DNA of 64,000 bases from contig CM059433.1 of assembly GCA_030390025.1 (NCBI GenBank), forward strand, positions 17,176,001 through 17,240,000. Reading direction: 5' to 3'. Source of the stretch: Squalus acanthias (taxonomy: Eukaryota). Numbering within the stretch: position 1 is the stretch's first letter; each line of letters opens with the position of its first letter. The position numbers were made by a program, and so were the translations under genes. Positions 49,760 through 62,717 of this stretch are shown piece by piece. The notes beneath the pieces were generated by a model, which saw only the letters and a program-made list of their open reading frames with translations, did no database searches and had not been told where the DNA came from.

Positions 49760-50532
49760 GGGGGAAAAATTCACCTGCTTGCGCCTCCCGTTAGCGCCTT
49801 AAATGGGCGCTAATGGGGCGTAAAGCAGCTAACGCCCGGGCGCAGCGCCGCCCACGCCTCCCGAAAAATTTAGTGGGAGGTTAGCGGCGGCGGCAGCCGG
49901 TAGCGCCCTGTGGCGCTGCGCCGCCGGCGATGACGTCATCGCCGTGCGCAGCGCCCCGCTCGCGCCCCGGCCGTGATCTTCAGTCGCGCCCCCTGATTTA
50001 CCGCCAGACGCTATGTCCGACGGGTTCAGGGGGGCGTACGTGCGGCCGGGGCGGCGATATTTAAAGGGGAGGTGGCAGGCGGCCATTTTTGTTGCTGGCC
50101 GCCTGCCAGCACCTGCCCCCGTTGCTGTCCCCGGCCCCCGTGAAGCCCCCCCACCGTGAAGTGCCGGCTGCGCTCCAAGAGCCCGGCACTTCTCTTGAGT
50201 GCCGGGCTCTTTTGCCGGCACTCCCGATCCCTGGGAGCCCAGCTGGGCCCCGGTTCGCGCTGCGCAAGGCCCCTCCCCTTTAAGAAGGGGAGGAAGGCCT
50301 GCAATACCGCGGCGCGACGTGCCGCAGCGCGTGGCGCTGCGGCACGTAGCGCCAGGATATTCACTCGCAGCGCCCCAAGAGGGATGCGGGGTGCTTCCAG
50401 TTGCGCCCCGCTTCCCTCTTGGGGCGCAACCACTGAAGTTCCGGCGCGGGGCCGCTAATTTTTTCGGGGCGCTAAAAGTCGCGCCCCGGCGAGGTTAGCG
50501 CCCCAAATGGGGCGCGACTCAATTTTTACCCC
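49760..50532. mobile_element. GC-rich Harbinger MITE, best-preserved copy
   Basis: GGGGGAAAAATT...AATTTTTACCCC, TSD TGA/TGA, CpG-rich. Confidence 0.9.
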
Positions 50533-50691
50533 TGACTGTTTAATCGCTCTTTGCATTGTTTTCATTTTATTAAAAGTGTGTGTGTATAATATATAATAAA
50601 TTTTCTGTGGTGTTGCTCATGTTGAGTCAGAAGACTGATGGTGAATGTGTGACAAGGAAAGTGTTACAGGAAGTAAGTGTGACACTTGCAT

Positions 50692-50700
50692 GTATATATA

Positions 50701-50736
<36 letters not shown>

Positions 50737-50740
50737 GATA
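50692..50740. repeat. (TA)n(GT)n(AT)n microsatellite
   Basis: Read directly from the sequence. Confidence 0.88.
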
Positions 50741-50756
50741 TGATTATTGAAACCAT

Positions 50757-51438
50757 GCGGGTGAAATTGGGTGCCTTTTTGCCTCCTGTTAGTGCCCCCG
50801 GGGGGCGCCAACAGGGCGCAGATGGCTTTGTGACCGGGCGTGGCGCTGACATCGACTCCCGCCATATTCGGTGGGAATTTTGCGGCGACGCTACGGAGTT
50901 GCGCCCCGATCTCCTTCGCCTGGAGATCGTGACATCATCGCCGTGCGTATCGCCCCGGTAGCGCCCCGGACCCAAAATTGACTTCCGCCTCCTGCAGCAG
51001 CGCCGGTCGAAAACACCGACAGCTGCAGGAGGCGTGCATCGGGCGCCCGGTCGCTTCGGGGGCGATGATTAAAGGCGAGGTGGCCGAGGTAAGTGGGAAA
51101 AAAACTTACCTTTCCTGTCCTAGTTTTGAGTGCCGGGCTGATCGCGCGGGATCGCGGCTGCCTTGGTGGTCCAGGTAGGTACTTTTTAAATTGCAGAGCC
51201 TGCAACGATGGCCCTTCCCTTTAAGGGAGGGGAGGAGCCTTTGAACCAGTGTGCAGGGCTGCTGAAGTCTCCGCCCCGCTCTCCAATGTTAGCGCCCTAA
51301 GAAGGAAGTGGAGCGCTTGATTGAGTTTTAGCGCTCCCTCTTGGGCCGCTAAAACTCAATTTCGCGGTCGCCAGCGCTAAAGTTAGTGCCCAGGCGATGT
51401 TAGCGCCCCAAAATGGTCGATACCGAATTTTTCCCCCC
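50757..51438. mobile_element. GC-rich Harbinger MITE (same subfamily as 6985-7672)
   Basis: GCGGGTGAAATT...AATTTTTCCCCCC, TSD CAT/CAT. Confidence 0.88.
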
Positions 51439-51504
51439 CATACCTTTATAGTTTTCAAAACTCAACGTTTAGTTTATAATTGCTTCAAACGGTGTATGAA
51501 GACA

Positions 51505-52212
51505 GGGGGCGATTTCCCCCGGATACTTTAGGCGTTAAAGAGCCTCTGAGGTGGCCGAGTTGAAGTCTTCAGCTGAAACACCGGTTTAGCCCGCGTTTAG
51601 CTCAAGATGGCATCTTGGTAAAGGAGTTGAAGCCTGCTCTATGAACGGCCACCCAGAGGATCGTTAAGCAGCTGATTGCCATTTAAATTGCCTGCTAGCG
51701 CTCATTAATGAGGCTGCACAGCATTTTGGTGGCTAACACTTGACCCAATGCCCTCTGCTAACAGCGACCAGCTGATTGGGAGTAAACAAGTCGTTGCTGA
51801 GGATTTCGAGCGCTACTTAAAGGTATATCACTTTATACTGTTCACTTGCTGCTGGAGGTTGGAAGAGGAACTACTGAAACACATCGGGAGACTTTCTGGG
51901 ACACTTTGTCTGCAACACTATCAACATTTATTCTGGAAATTCTCTGAGGACTTCATCTAAAGAGAGTAAGTGCTGTGCTACTCTATCTTCCCCCCGCCCT
52001 CCCGCCCACCGCCTGTGGGTTCAGGACATCCCTCCTCCTCGGGACCTCCTCCAGCAGGACCTCCAGTGCTGCGTCCGAGAACCTGTGCGCCCTCTCACTC
52101 GGTCCCTGCGCCATCCTGAAACCTGCTGCTGTGTGTCAGCCAGCACACTCCACACCTTCAGTGGAAGTGGGTGCGAGGAGCCTGCATACGCTGCTCCACG
52201 AAAATTGCGTCT
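51505..52212. mobile_element. Older Harbinger-like non-autonomous element
   Basis: Degenerate ends GGGGGCGATTT...AAATTGCGTCT; no TSD confirmed. Confidence 0.4.
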
Positions 52213-53418
52213 AATCAGCGCTTGAGTGCTAAACCTGCAGGTGTCTGATTTAGCAAATCCAGGCAAGTTCAAATTATGGTAATCAGCAATTAGTCAGTGA
52301 CTTCATGAAAGGGAGTTGTGGGCAACAGACATACACCACCACTGATGGCAGCAAGACAATGGATTGTGGCCCTCTATTGGCATGCTGTGAAAAATCATCA
52401 GTGTTGCAGACTGTTCTTTAGCAGTATGTGCTCTTCAAATAAAATTTAGCCAAGTAACTTGGACTTTTCATAACTTTGTAAAATAAAGTAACTTAAATAA
52501 AGAGACTTAAATATCGGAAGAAATTTCCCCCTTCTTCCAGTAGTTTGTTTTAGAAAATGAATCCTTATTATTCCATGAAAAACTTTTTTCTCTCCTGGAT
52601 GGATGAAGGAGGCTGGTGCTGGAGAATCAAATGCTCTTTCCTTTTTGCATCCACTGTCAGCATCAAGCGATCCAAACATAGGTAGAGCGTGGGTTAAATG
52701 CAAGGTACGGCTCTCAATGCATTGTCCCGACAATTAATCTTTACCCCAGTTGATGAAGAGCACTCTGCTGCACCAGTGTGATACTTCTTTTTCCCTACAC
52801 CAGCCCTTGTAGTGGTCTTGGATTGAAACTGGCAATTGGCCGAGAACTGTACAAAGTGTTTTTCTGTTGACTTGCATCCACTGCCCAAATTCAAGCCGTC
52901 AGAATAGAGGGGGAAAAATTCAGTTCCTTAGCGCCTCCCGTTAGCGCCAGCAGCTGGCGCTAACGGGCGCGCTGATGCAGTAGCACCGGGGCGAGGCGAA
53001 TCTAGCGACACACAGCAAATCCGACCACCCCCGCCCCCCCCCCACCGTTGCGCCGCCACTACGAGGTACCACCGGGGACTTTAACGACAGGCAGATCGTG
53101 ACATCAGTGAGCATGCAATGCTCACTGGCTGCCCGATCTGCGAAATTGATTGTCGCAACCTACCTTAGCGCCTCGACCAAACAGCGACAGGGAGAGCTGG
53201 CGTGAAGCAGCCGGAAGCCGGCTCCAGGGACGTTATTTAAAGGGATCATGAGTAATGAGTCGCAGCTGTCAGGTTAGTGGAGTTTCAGTACTTTCTTGTC
53301 AGTTTGACATAATGCAACAGTTTAATTCTGTAATTTAAAGGTTAGTTTGTTATGATAACTAAAAAGTAGTTACATTTACTCTTTAAAAAAATCAAGCCGC
53401 TACACTTGGCGTACATTA

Positions 53419-54552
53419 ATGGGGGCTATACTGGCAGTCAACCTGGCTCTCCAGGATCTATGGCGGAGGAAGCGGAGGCAGTGAGTAAGAGTGGAACATG
53501 TTGCCAGAGGGTGGAGGAGGGCTATCGGGGCTTTCAACAGGAGGCCTTACCCTCCGAGAGTATTCCAAGAGCACTTCTCCCACCTCCAATTAAGCGAGGA
53601 GCAGTGTATTAGAAGGCGCTGTTTCACCAAGGAGGTGGTCACAGAACTCCTGCCACCTCCTGCAACCAGACCTCCAGCCTCAGATCAGGGCGACCACGGC
53701 TCTCTCAGTGGCAGTCAAGGTCACCGACGCCCTCAATTTCTTCGCCAGCGGATCTTTCCAGTCTGCAACATGAGACATAACTAACATTTCGCAGTTCGCC
53801 ATCCATTGCTGCATTCGGGAGGTCACAGAGGCTCTCTACAGTAGGAGAAGTGACTACATTTCCTTCCCCATCACCAGAGAGAAGCAGGACGAGCGTGCAT
53901 GTGGCTTTGCCAGGATAGCGGGATTCCCCATGGTGCAGGGCGCCATTGACTGCACCCACGTGGCTTTGCGGGCACTGCATAACAGTCCTTACATCTTCCG
54001 TAACCGCAAAGGCTACCACTCACTTAATGTGCAGTTGGCGTACGACCACATACGGGTAATCCTCAATGTGAATGCCCGCTAACTTGGCAGCAGCCATGAT
54101 GCCTTCATCCTGGCAGCACTCTTCCAGCCACCACATCAAGCTCATGGCTGGCTAGTTGGAGACAAGGGCTATCCACTCTCCACCTGGCTCATGACTTCCT
54201 TCCGCAACCCCAGCACTCCTATAATGAGAGCCATGCTACGACCAGAAACATCATCGAGCAGACCATTGGGGTGCTCAAGCAACGGTTCCGCTGCCTTGAC
54301 CATTCGGGAGGAGCCCTCTAGTACTCGGCTGAGCAGGTGTCCCATTTTGTGGTCATCTGCTGCATGCTCCACAACTTGGCCATCATGAGGGCCCAGCCCT
54401 TGCCACCAGGGATTTCGGGACCACCTCAGGAGGAGGAAAAGGGAGAGGAGGTTGAGGAGGAGGAGGAACAGGAACGAGGGAGGAGGCAGCCACTCAATCG
54501 GCCTTCTGGAAGGGCGGTCCGTGACTGCCTCATCAGACTGCGGTTCCAATGA
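53419..54552 (+). pseudogene. Harbinger (HARBI1-like, DDE_Tnp_4) transposase, disrupted
   Basis: ALNFFASGSFQ, GFPMVQGAIDCTHV, NRKGYHSLNVQ, GSSHDAFIL, LVGDKGYP, TRNIIEQTIGVLKQRFRCL, CCMLHNL; several stops and frameshifts. Confidence 0.93.
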
Positions 54553-54734
54553 ATTAAACCCCAGATCCCTGTTGTGCCGCACATCTCCATCATTCCATCC
54601 CTGTCGCAGGCCATATCACTGCGCAAAGCTCAAATGAGACACCACAAAAGAATCCAAACTGAATTAATAAATTTATCAAAAATCAGTGAACACATATTTA
54701 CAACAAAAATATTAACTATTCACCCTTGTGCAAT

Positions 54735-56688
54735 CTCTTAATGCCTGTCGTTACTGTGTCTTTGCCTACTCGAGTGCTCCTACGAAGTGTTGGCCCAGTG
54801 GCTGCAGCACGGCTGGTGGAAGATTGCTAAGTGTCCATGCGGGAGACTTCAGATGGCCTTGCAGGACGTCCTCGACCAGCTCTGGACCTGGAAAGCCTGG
54901 CTGTGGACTGCACCACCTCGGCATGGGCGGCAGCAGTCTGGGCTGGCTGGATGAAAGGCAGCGACAAGGGCAATGGCGGAGTGGCAGTGGTGGGAGCAGG
55001 AATGCTGTCATCCTGAGAGAGGACAGCAGGTTCCTGCTCCACTGACCCACTGCCACTCTCCCGGGGCAGCAGCTCAGCATCCCTAGCAATCTATTGGAGC
55101 ACAGATTGCTGGCCTGCTGCGACACCATGAAAGCCCCGGTCGACGGTGGTACACCCAGCCACGATGGCAGCAGTCAGAGCTTGCGTGGCATCAAGCTGAG
55201 ACTGCATGAGAGCAGTCTGAGATTGGATGCCACCAAGCATAGACTCTATTACAGCACTAAGATGTTGCGTCGCTTCCGCCTGTGCTGCAATAGAAGCTGC
55301 CAGATCGCCCATCACACGCGGCATCAGGTCTGGGTCGCCACGGTCTCTCTGGGAGTCTACCATCCTTTGCAGACTGGAAATGATGGGCACCATGGTGTGC
55401 GCAGAGCCTTGTGCAATGTTGGAGGTGGACTCCTCCACACTCCTTATCATTGCCGAGAGGCTCTCGGGCACCCTTGCCATTGCACCTATCATCTCTGTGT
55501 GCATGGCCATCACCCTTCTTCTAAACGCCTCCCCATTGAGGTCCTCATCTGAGTCCTGTGCAGCAGAACTCACCCTCTGGGGAGCTGGCCCCCAAGCTAC
55601 CCTTTCCCCCTGGCCTTGCTGAAGCCCACTCATCCCCGGTGCCTCACCCTGTGCAGATCCCGCTACTGTATTAGCCTCTAAAGAACGCGTAGTGCTAGTA
55701 TCTGAGCCGGTGCCTGCGGGTGAGAGATGCAGTGACGTGGTGTTTTCTTCCTCTTCCTCTTCTCCTGCCTCGCTCACTATGGTGCCCACAGGGACAGGCT
55801 GCTCAGGTGCTTGCTGATTATCTGAAAGCATAAAGGCACAAGAGTCGGGTTCAGGTGAGGGGAGGGGGCAGGAAGGGAGAAATGCATGCATACAGCATGA
55901 TTAGCTGGAAAGTGCAAAACACTTGTGGGGTGAGGGGGAAGTGGGATGTGAGAAGAAGGAGTAGGGATGAACATACTGTTGTTGTCCCCAAGGGGTCAAC
56001 GTCGCCGGTGGCCACGGTGCCCACCATCTGCCGCCCAATAATCTGCAGCACACTATTCTCCAGCGCAGTGGTTGGGTGGCGGCTTGTCCCCCGCCTGTGC
56101 GCTCCTGTTCCCTCCTGTTGTGAGCCACCTTGGCCTGCAAGAGGAAAAAAAGTGTGTGAGTGAGTGTGGAGCAATGTGTTTGGGTGGTGTGCCTGCCATA
56201 GTTGAATAGCTGTCATTGTGTGCAAGATGTGAGATGTGGGTGTGAGTGTTGGTAGGTAGAGATTGTTGGTGGATGAGTGCTGGGGGGTGTAGTGCTTTGG
56301 GCAATGTGTGCAGACTGAGGGTCAGATGGGAGCATTTGTTGAAGCATTGACTCACCCTGACCACCCGAGTGAGGTTGCTAAATTTCTTCCTGCACTGTGT
56401 GGGGGTCCTGGGGACCACAGTGCTGCCTGAGATGTGCTGCGCTACCTCCCTCCACATGGTGCGGAAGACTTGCGGCGAGGGCCTCCTGCCACTTGCCGGG
56501 TAGAGCACCACCCTCCATCTCTCCACAGCGAACACCAACGCCTCCAATGCTTGATCGCAGAATCTGTGGGCTCTCTCCCTGGGGTGTGGATCTGCCATGA
56601 GTACAGCTGCTTCAGTCATCTGGCTCCTTCTCCTTGACCTGCTGCTGCTTGCTGAGGCAATGCTGAGAATGAGGTTCTGCAGCATCAA
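54735..56688 (-). pseudogene. Harbinger Myb/SANT-like DNA-binding partner gene, three exons
   Basis: Exon 1 ends at 56356 (RFCDQALEALV...WREVA...RTPTQCRKKFSNL, donor gtgagt); exon 2 is 56134-55977 (AKVAHNRREQERTGGG); exon 3 starts at 55821 (acidic, then coiled-coil-like); probable frameshifts. Confidence 0.85.
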
Positions 56689-59573
56689 TGAACCTCCCCT
56701 TTAAGAACTGGAAATAGCCTGTGGCAATGATGACTTGCGATTAGACTGCACGCAATATTGCTCCACCCATTGAGTGTAACGCCAGTGAGCTTGTGCTTTA
56801 AGGCTTGAATTAGCGCTCCAATCATTTCTTTGAGCAGTGAGAATGAATTTTCCGTGCAGTCTAAAGCATTAGACCCTGGCGCTAATTCTCCAACTTTTCT
56901 AATGATACCGCCCATTCCTGGGCTGTAATTAACTTCTAGTCCAATGACTTTTATCCCACCAATCTCGGCTTGATTTCAAATTGTTTCTATACGTGAATTA
57001 AAATGACTCTAACACACAGCAATAATCAATTCCTCTGATTTAACGTTTTCAAGTTATATAGCAAACACTTTGCTTTCAGTTTCTATTTAACCCATGATAA
57101 TCTAGCTATTTTGAAGCAACCTCATTGTAGTTCCATCTGGAGGCATTTTGATTAGGAAGGTCAGATTTTCAAATGCTTTGTGGTTTTAGCATGTGATTAT
57201 TCCAGTTTTTCTCACCCAAGTGTAGTGTGCACCTCAGAATATGTCTTCTTCAGCTCGAAAGTAAATCCAGTTAACATCCATTAAAAATATTCTTTAGTCG
57301 CATGCTCAGCATTGCCATATCAACAGGACTGCCGAATTGAGTTGCTCTCATTATACCTGTCAATCACTTCGAAACAGAATCTGCGTGCAGTCCTTCACGC
57401 TTATCTTTCGCACCCATATTAAATGGTTAGTTACGTAGGCTGGAGTAACTGAGGCTAAATTTAAATGACCTTGCTGGCAAGGCTGACATTATCTTAACAT
57501 ACCGCTGCGATTCTTTCAAAGTTAATGGTGTGAGTAACTGTAACTTCAATGAAATATTCCCAGTAATTTTACAATGTCCCTGGAAGCATCCATTTTACTG
57601 ATGTGAAAAAATGGCCTCTAGGTGAATGAGTGTGAAGAAAACCTCCTTTCAGTCAAGCTGTGACACACATCGAGCATAATCAATCCAGCTCCACATGGAA
57701 TATTTTGCATAATTGTTCGACTGTGTTGTGTAACAGGATGTGACAGGATTTAATGAACTGCAAGCATTCACAGAACATAACTTGTTATGAAGAGAATACC
57801 TGATGAGTAAGTGGCACTGCCATAATTAACTAAGAGAGCTGAATCATTTATGTCGAAGGGAAATCAGACATTCCTTCTTGGTTAAATTATCATTTTAGTA
57901 AATTGACAAATTTAACAAAAATGCAGTGAAAAACTCATTTAAAAGCCATGTCATGAGCTGCATTTCTTTTCTGCATAACAGTTTTCCTGATTTGGGTAAT
58001 AACTTGTAATTATTCAAAACACAGCACAGTAACCCTCATGTACATGCATTTTACAATTCATGTTTATGCTTTGTGTTTGACAGTGTTATTGTTATACATC
58101 ATGTCTCATAATATATTCAAATGATAGCCCTCTTGGTATTGTCCTTTAAACTCCTTACACACGCTACCAATAAATAAAATGAATATCCGTGGTTACAGCA
58201 ATGGTTAGTTAGATAAATATAATTTTAAACACAATTGCCAGATTCATTATTAGAGTGATGCACAGTCGTGGTTGGAGTTTCATTCTGGATGGGAGGGTAA
58301 GATGGAAGTTGAGCTCTCTGGCACAAATTTCCATTTTATTGTTGGTGATATGGTCCTCAAACCTTCCTCTTCCATTACTTCTAAGCTCCCAATATGCCAT
58401 TCAGCTATGCCAAGCTCTTCTTCCTCCTTACCTCCTCATTGTGTTGAAATCAAGACTCATTGCATAGTCTTATCCTTTGACTCGTTCTTTCGTAGGACTT
58501 CAAAACTGTTGAATTCGTTTCATCTCTTAGTCTTACCTTCCCCTCACAATCTACAATCATCCAAAAATCCAAACCTAGTATCTCCTAACTACTAACACTT
58601 AATTTAGTTTGTCTTCTCTCCTACTTACGTCAACATTGATGCTGTTCAATGCCATGGGCCTTGTTCCGTGGCCCTTCACCTAGGTTTCTTATTTAAAAAA
58701 AAATCTAAATCTCACTAAGCTGATCTCATTTATTTATATATATACTGTATATTGCAATGCAAAAATGGCATAGTAGTGTTAGTTATCATAATAAATCAGT
58801 CATTAATGCTAAAGGCTTTGAATATTATGCTGGAGAGTATGATTAATGGAGATGACAACCAAGAACCCTGTACCAACAGGGTTCTTGGAAACCAGTTTTG
58901 CTGTAATGACAAAAGACATTTGAATCATTACATTTCGCACACAAACTCAGAAAATGCAGCTGTATAGGAGGTTGAATCCTAAATAACTGCCAGCATTGAG
59001 CCAAATCTGTCCATAATGAAAGAAAATGTGTACATTACTTAGTCAATTTTAAATCTACCACTTTTCTAGGTTCCATGTCACCTTGCTCCTTGTGATCACC
59101 TAATCACTTAATTCTTCCAAGTAATTTATCCATAGGATCCTGCTGGCAAGTCAGCAGATCAGTTTCTTTTGAAAGTGCTTTGCTTTTCTAGTCTTGAGAG
59201 TCACGTGAGCAAGAAACTGGATCAAACTCCATCCAATTATGATATACTATTCCATGTCCTAAATATATAATATCATGCCCTTCCTGTACATATTATAATT
59301 CTTGCCACACTTTGTTGATTGGCTCAAAATAAAATTAAAAAGCGGCAATCAGAATTGAAGAGATAGGGAAATATACAAATCAAAGGTGATGAAAGTAGCT
59401 GGAAAAATCAGTGGCGTTGATGATACATTGTCTGATCCGTAACATTACACCCCATAGCTTGTAAAAGAATGTATTCTTCATCTCACTGTGAGAAATGTCA
59501 TGGGACATAAATGCTTGTATGAACTATTAATGCAGGCTAAGTGCTAACACATCTCAACTCTGTTAAGTTATTT

Positions 59574-60625
59574 CACAGAATCAGAGATCACAGAATGATG
59601 CACCACAGAAGGAGGCCATTCGACCTATCGTGCCTGTGCCGGCTCTTTGAAAGAGCTATCCAGTTAGTCCCACTCCCATGTCCTTTCCCCATAGTTCTGC
59701 AGATTTTTCCCCTTGAAGTATTTATCCGATTCCCTTTTGAAAGTTATTACTGAATCTGCTTCCACCACCCTTTCAGGCAGCGCATTCCAGATCACAACAA
59801 CTCGCTGCGTAAAAAAAAACTCTCTTCAACTTGCAACTGGTTCTTTTGCCAATGAACTTAAATCTGTGTCCACTGGTTACTGACCTTTCTGTCACAGATT
59901 TTCCTTATTTACTTTATCAATACCCTTCATGATTTTGAACACCTTTATTAAATCTCCCCTTCACCTTCTCTGCTCTAAGGAGAACAACCCCAGTTTCTCT
60001 AGTCTCTCCACGTAACTGAAGTCCCTCATCCCTGGTACCAATGTTCCCCCTAATTTTTCTTTAGTGCTCAGTCCCTTTAACCGGGTGCGCGGCCCATTCA
60101 AATTTTCGCGCATGCGCCGTTTCTTCCCTGTAGAAGCTGGTGAGCAGCCTGCGCGGGACCTCCAGACCGATGCAGCCGCGCAGCTTAGCAGGATCATTGC
60201 CTGGCACCATTCTAGTAAATCTCCTCTGCGCCCTCTCTAAGGCTTTGACATCCTTACTAAAGTGTGGTGCCCAGAATTAGCAACAATAGTCCAGCTGAGG
60301 CCTAACCACTGATTTCTAAGGGTTTAGCATAACTTCCTTGCTTTTGTACTCTATGCCCCTGTTTATAAAGCTAAGAATCACGCATGCTTTTTTAACAGCC
60401 TTCTCAACTTGTCCTGCCACCTTCAAAGATTTGTGTACGCACACCCCCAGGTCTCTCTGTTCCTGCACCCCCTTTAAAATTGTACCATTTAGTTTATATT
60501 GCCTCTCCTCATTCTTCCTACCAAACTGTATCACTTCACACTTTCTCTGTGTTAAATTTCACCTGCCATGTGTCTTCCCATTTCACCAGTCTGTCTATGT
60601 TCTCCTGAAGTCTGTTACTACATTT
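59574..60625 (-). mobile_element. CR1 3' fragment (another subfamily)
   Basis: IQFGRKN...QRDLGV; SYVERLEKLGLFSLEQRR; CACAGAAT tail repeats. Confidence 0.9.
60039..60199. mobile_element. 161-bp hAT-type MITE nested in CR1
   Basis: TIRs CAATGTTCCCCCTAA...TTAGCAGGATCATTG; 8-bp TSD CCTGGTAC/CCTGGCAC. Confidence 0.85.
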
Positions 60626-60661
60626 CCGAGCTTTGTGTCATTTATTGTACACATATGTCCC

Positions 60662-61068
60662 CAAATTTTTTTGATTCATTCTCGGGATGCTGGCATTTAT
60701 TGCCCGTCCCTAGTTTCCCTGAGAAAGTGGTGGGCCTCCTCCCTGAACTGCTGCAAATTTTGTAGCAGTTTGATACAACTGAGCGACTTGCTAGGCCACT
60801 TCAGAGGGCAGTTAAGAGTCAACCAGCTTGGTATGGGATTGAAATCACATAGGCCAGACTGGGTAAAGTCTGCAGGTTTCCTTCCCTAAAGGACATTAGT
60901 TTTCACAACAATCCGATAGCGATTGCAACTTTTATTTTCAGATTTTTTTGAAACTGAATTCAAATTCTGAAACTGCCATGGTGGGATTCGAGCTCGCATT
61001 CTGTGGATTATTAGTCCAGGTTTTTTGGATTGCTAGTCCAGTGACAGAACCACTACACCACCGTACAC
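60662..61068 (-). mobile_element. Bipartite SINE sharing both ends with LINE family B
   Basis: The first ~300 nt match 16228-16530 and 42168-42490; the last ~90 nt match the LINE B 3' end. Confidence 0.82.
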
Positions 61069-62717
61069 CCATTTGACCTTCTTCAAACCATAACACCTGC
61101 AGCCTACACACAATTAGTTGTGAGCTTTTCCCTGCAGTTTCAAGGATGGAATATCCCCGACTGTCAGCCCCAGGTCAATAATCCCAGTCGTCCTATCCCG
61201 TCACATGTAATGGATTTAGGTAAACTCACCAGCTCTTGGGACCTTTCCACATTAGTGTTGACCAAGTGTAGTGATCCAAAGCTGCAGCCCGTCAGCACAC
61301 CAGTCAGTCATTGAATTGAAGAACGTCCTCATTACTGCAGCACATTGAGATGTCGATATTCTCCAGAGATCTAACTAATTATGTTAGGTCAATATAGAAT
61401 TAAAAAAAACAAAAGGACGTAGCAATTGTGAGTGACATTTTTTGATCCCAGTTGAGCATCCTATTTGTTGTACTGCGCTGCCACTGACATCCATGCCAAT
61501 TTCAGCAGGGGGGGGTTGTAACATATAACCCCAGAGGCTCACCTTAACAGCTGGATTTGCAGGTGCTTCTGGAGCCATTCCGACAACAAATAAGCATTGA
61601 AGGCGGAGGCACTTATCTTTTCAGGTGGCTCAATCTCCACCCATGGCCAGTGATACGTCAGTATAGACCCCCCTGCACCCATCAGGGAAGGTACAGCAGC
61701 CAGAACCAACGTTTCAAATTGAGACTTTAAAACAATTTCTCTTAAATCAAAATTGTGCATGCACAGTCATTTTGTTGTACTGGAAACCACGCTGCAATAG
61801 AATAGTTTCCACAGCAACTGGGCTCTCGGGCTAAGTGGTTCTACAATATAAATACACCATGAGAGAACGGTTGGGGAGCCATCTTAGACACATCAGCCTG
61901 TTAATTAGATCATTGTCTTCTTCAGACTCTGTCATGAGTACCAGAGCAATTGAAATAAATGAGATTTTTCTTTTTTCTTCCAACACTTTTGTATCCTTTG
62001 TGAGACTATGTTTGAGGAATACGCAGTACATTGGCTGCAGCAGGAAGCTTCCACAGCCTGGGGAGATCTGAACCAAACTGGCACATTGCCCACTAAGAGA
62101 GAAGCAAAGAAGTTACATCATGTGATCTTGGATACTCCACTCATAAAGCATAGACTCACATCATCAAACTCAGTGTTTGACGAGAGGAGTCCCTGGCAGG
62201 TATTACTCTAGTTTGAGAACTGCCTCTCATGATAGACCTGTGTTCTTGAGGCTTAACTGCAGTCGGGGCATGGAGCTTTCTGTGGGTGCATTAAATATTT
62301 AGGGAGATCATTCCAGGTACTTTAATACAATCAGTAGGGTTGCTATCACATCTGCACTCTTTTCTGATACCCCAATAACCAGATGTTTTTGCAGTGGGGT
62401 TTCTCTGTATCATAGAGTTTTGCTACTATAGATTTTTCTGCTTCAGAGGTTGTGCAATTGTTCCTCCAGTTTTGTAAGGCAGTTCATTACATTACAAACA
62501 CGGCTTGGAGTAAAATTGCATGTTGTTGGATTCCCTTTTTACACCTGGAACTTCTGTCAACACAGTGGGCGTCATTTGGTCTTTAACGCATGAACGGTGC
62601 TGATAATTAATTAAACTATTTCACTTGGACAATAAGGTAAAGGGCACAACTACAAAATTCTCAATCTGAGCTTCAAGGAAGATTAGGGATTGGAAACCCT
62701 CCCCCCCCCCCCCCCAT

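Larger units (their letters stand above)
52909..56942. mobile_element. Near full-length PIF/Harbinger DNA transposon, decayed
   Basis: Left TIR GGGGGAAAAATT; convergent transposase and Myb/SANT genes; right end is tentative (AACTTCTAGTCC) and the TSD is not confirmed. Confidence 0.88.

Noticed and set aside
49760..51438. CpG-island promoter and overlapping GC-rich ORFs
   Set aside because: The CpG richness and ORFs lie wholly within multicopy MITEs bounded by TIRs and TSDs.
53419..54552. Host HARBI1 gene
   Set aside because: Stops and frameshifts, a TIR and a linked Myb partner show it is a transposon copy.
57737..57806. AG...GTAAGT-bounded exon
   Set aside because: All three frames contain stops; it could be non-coding but there is no support.
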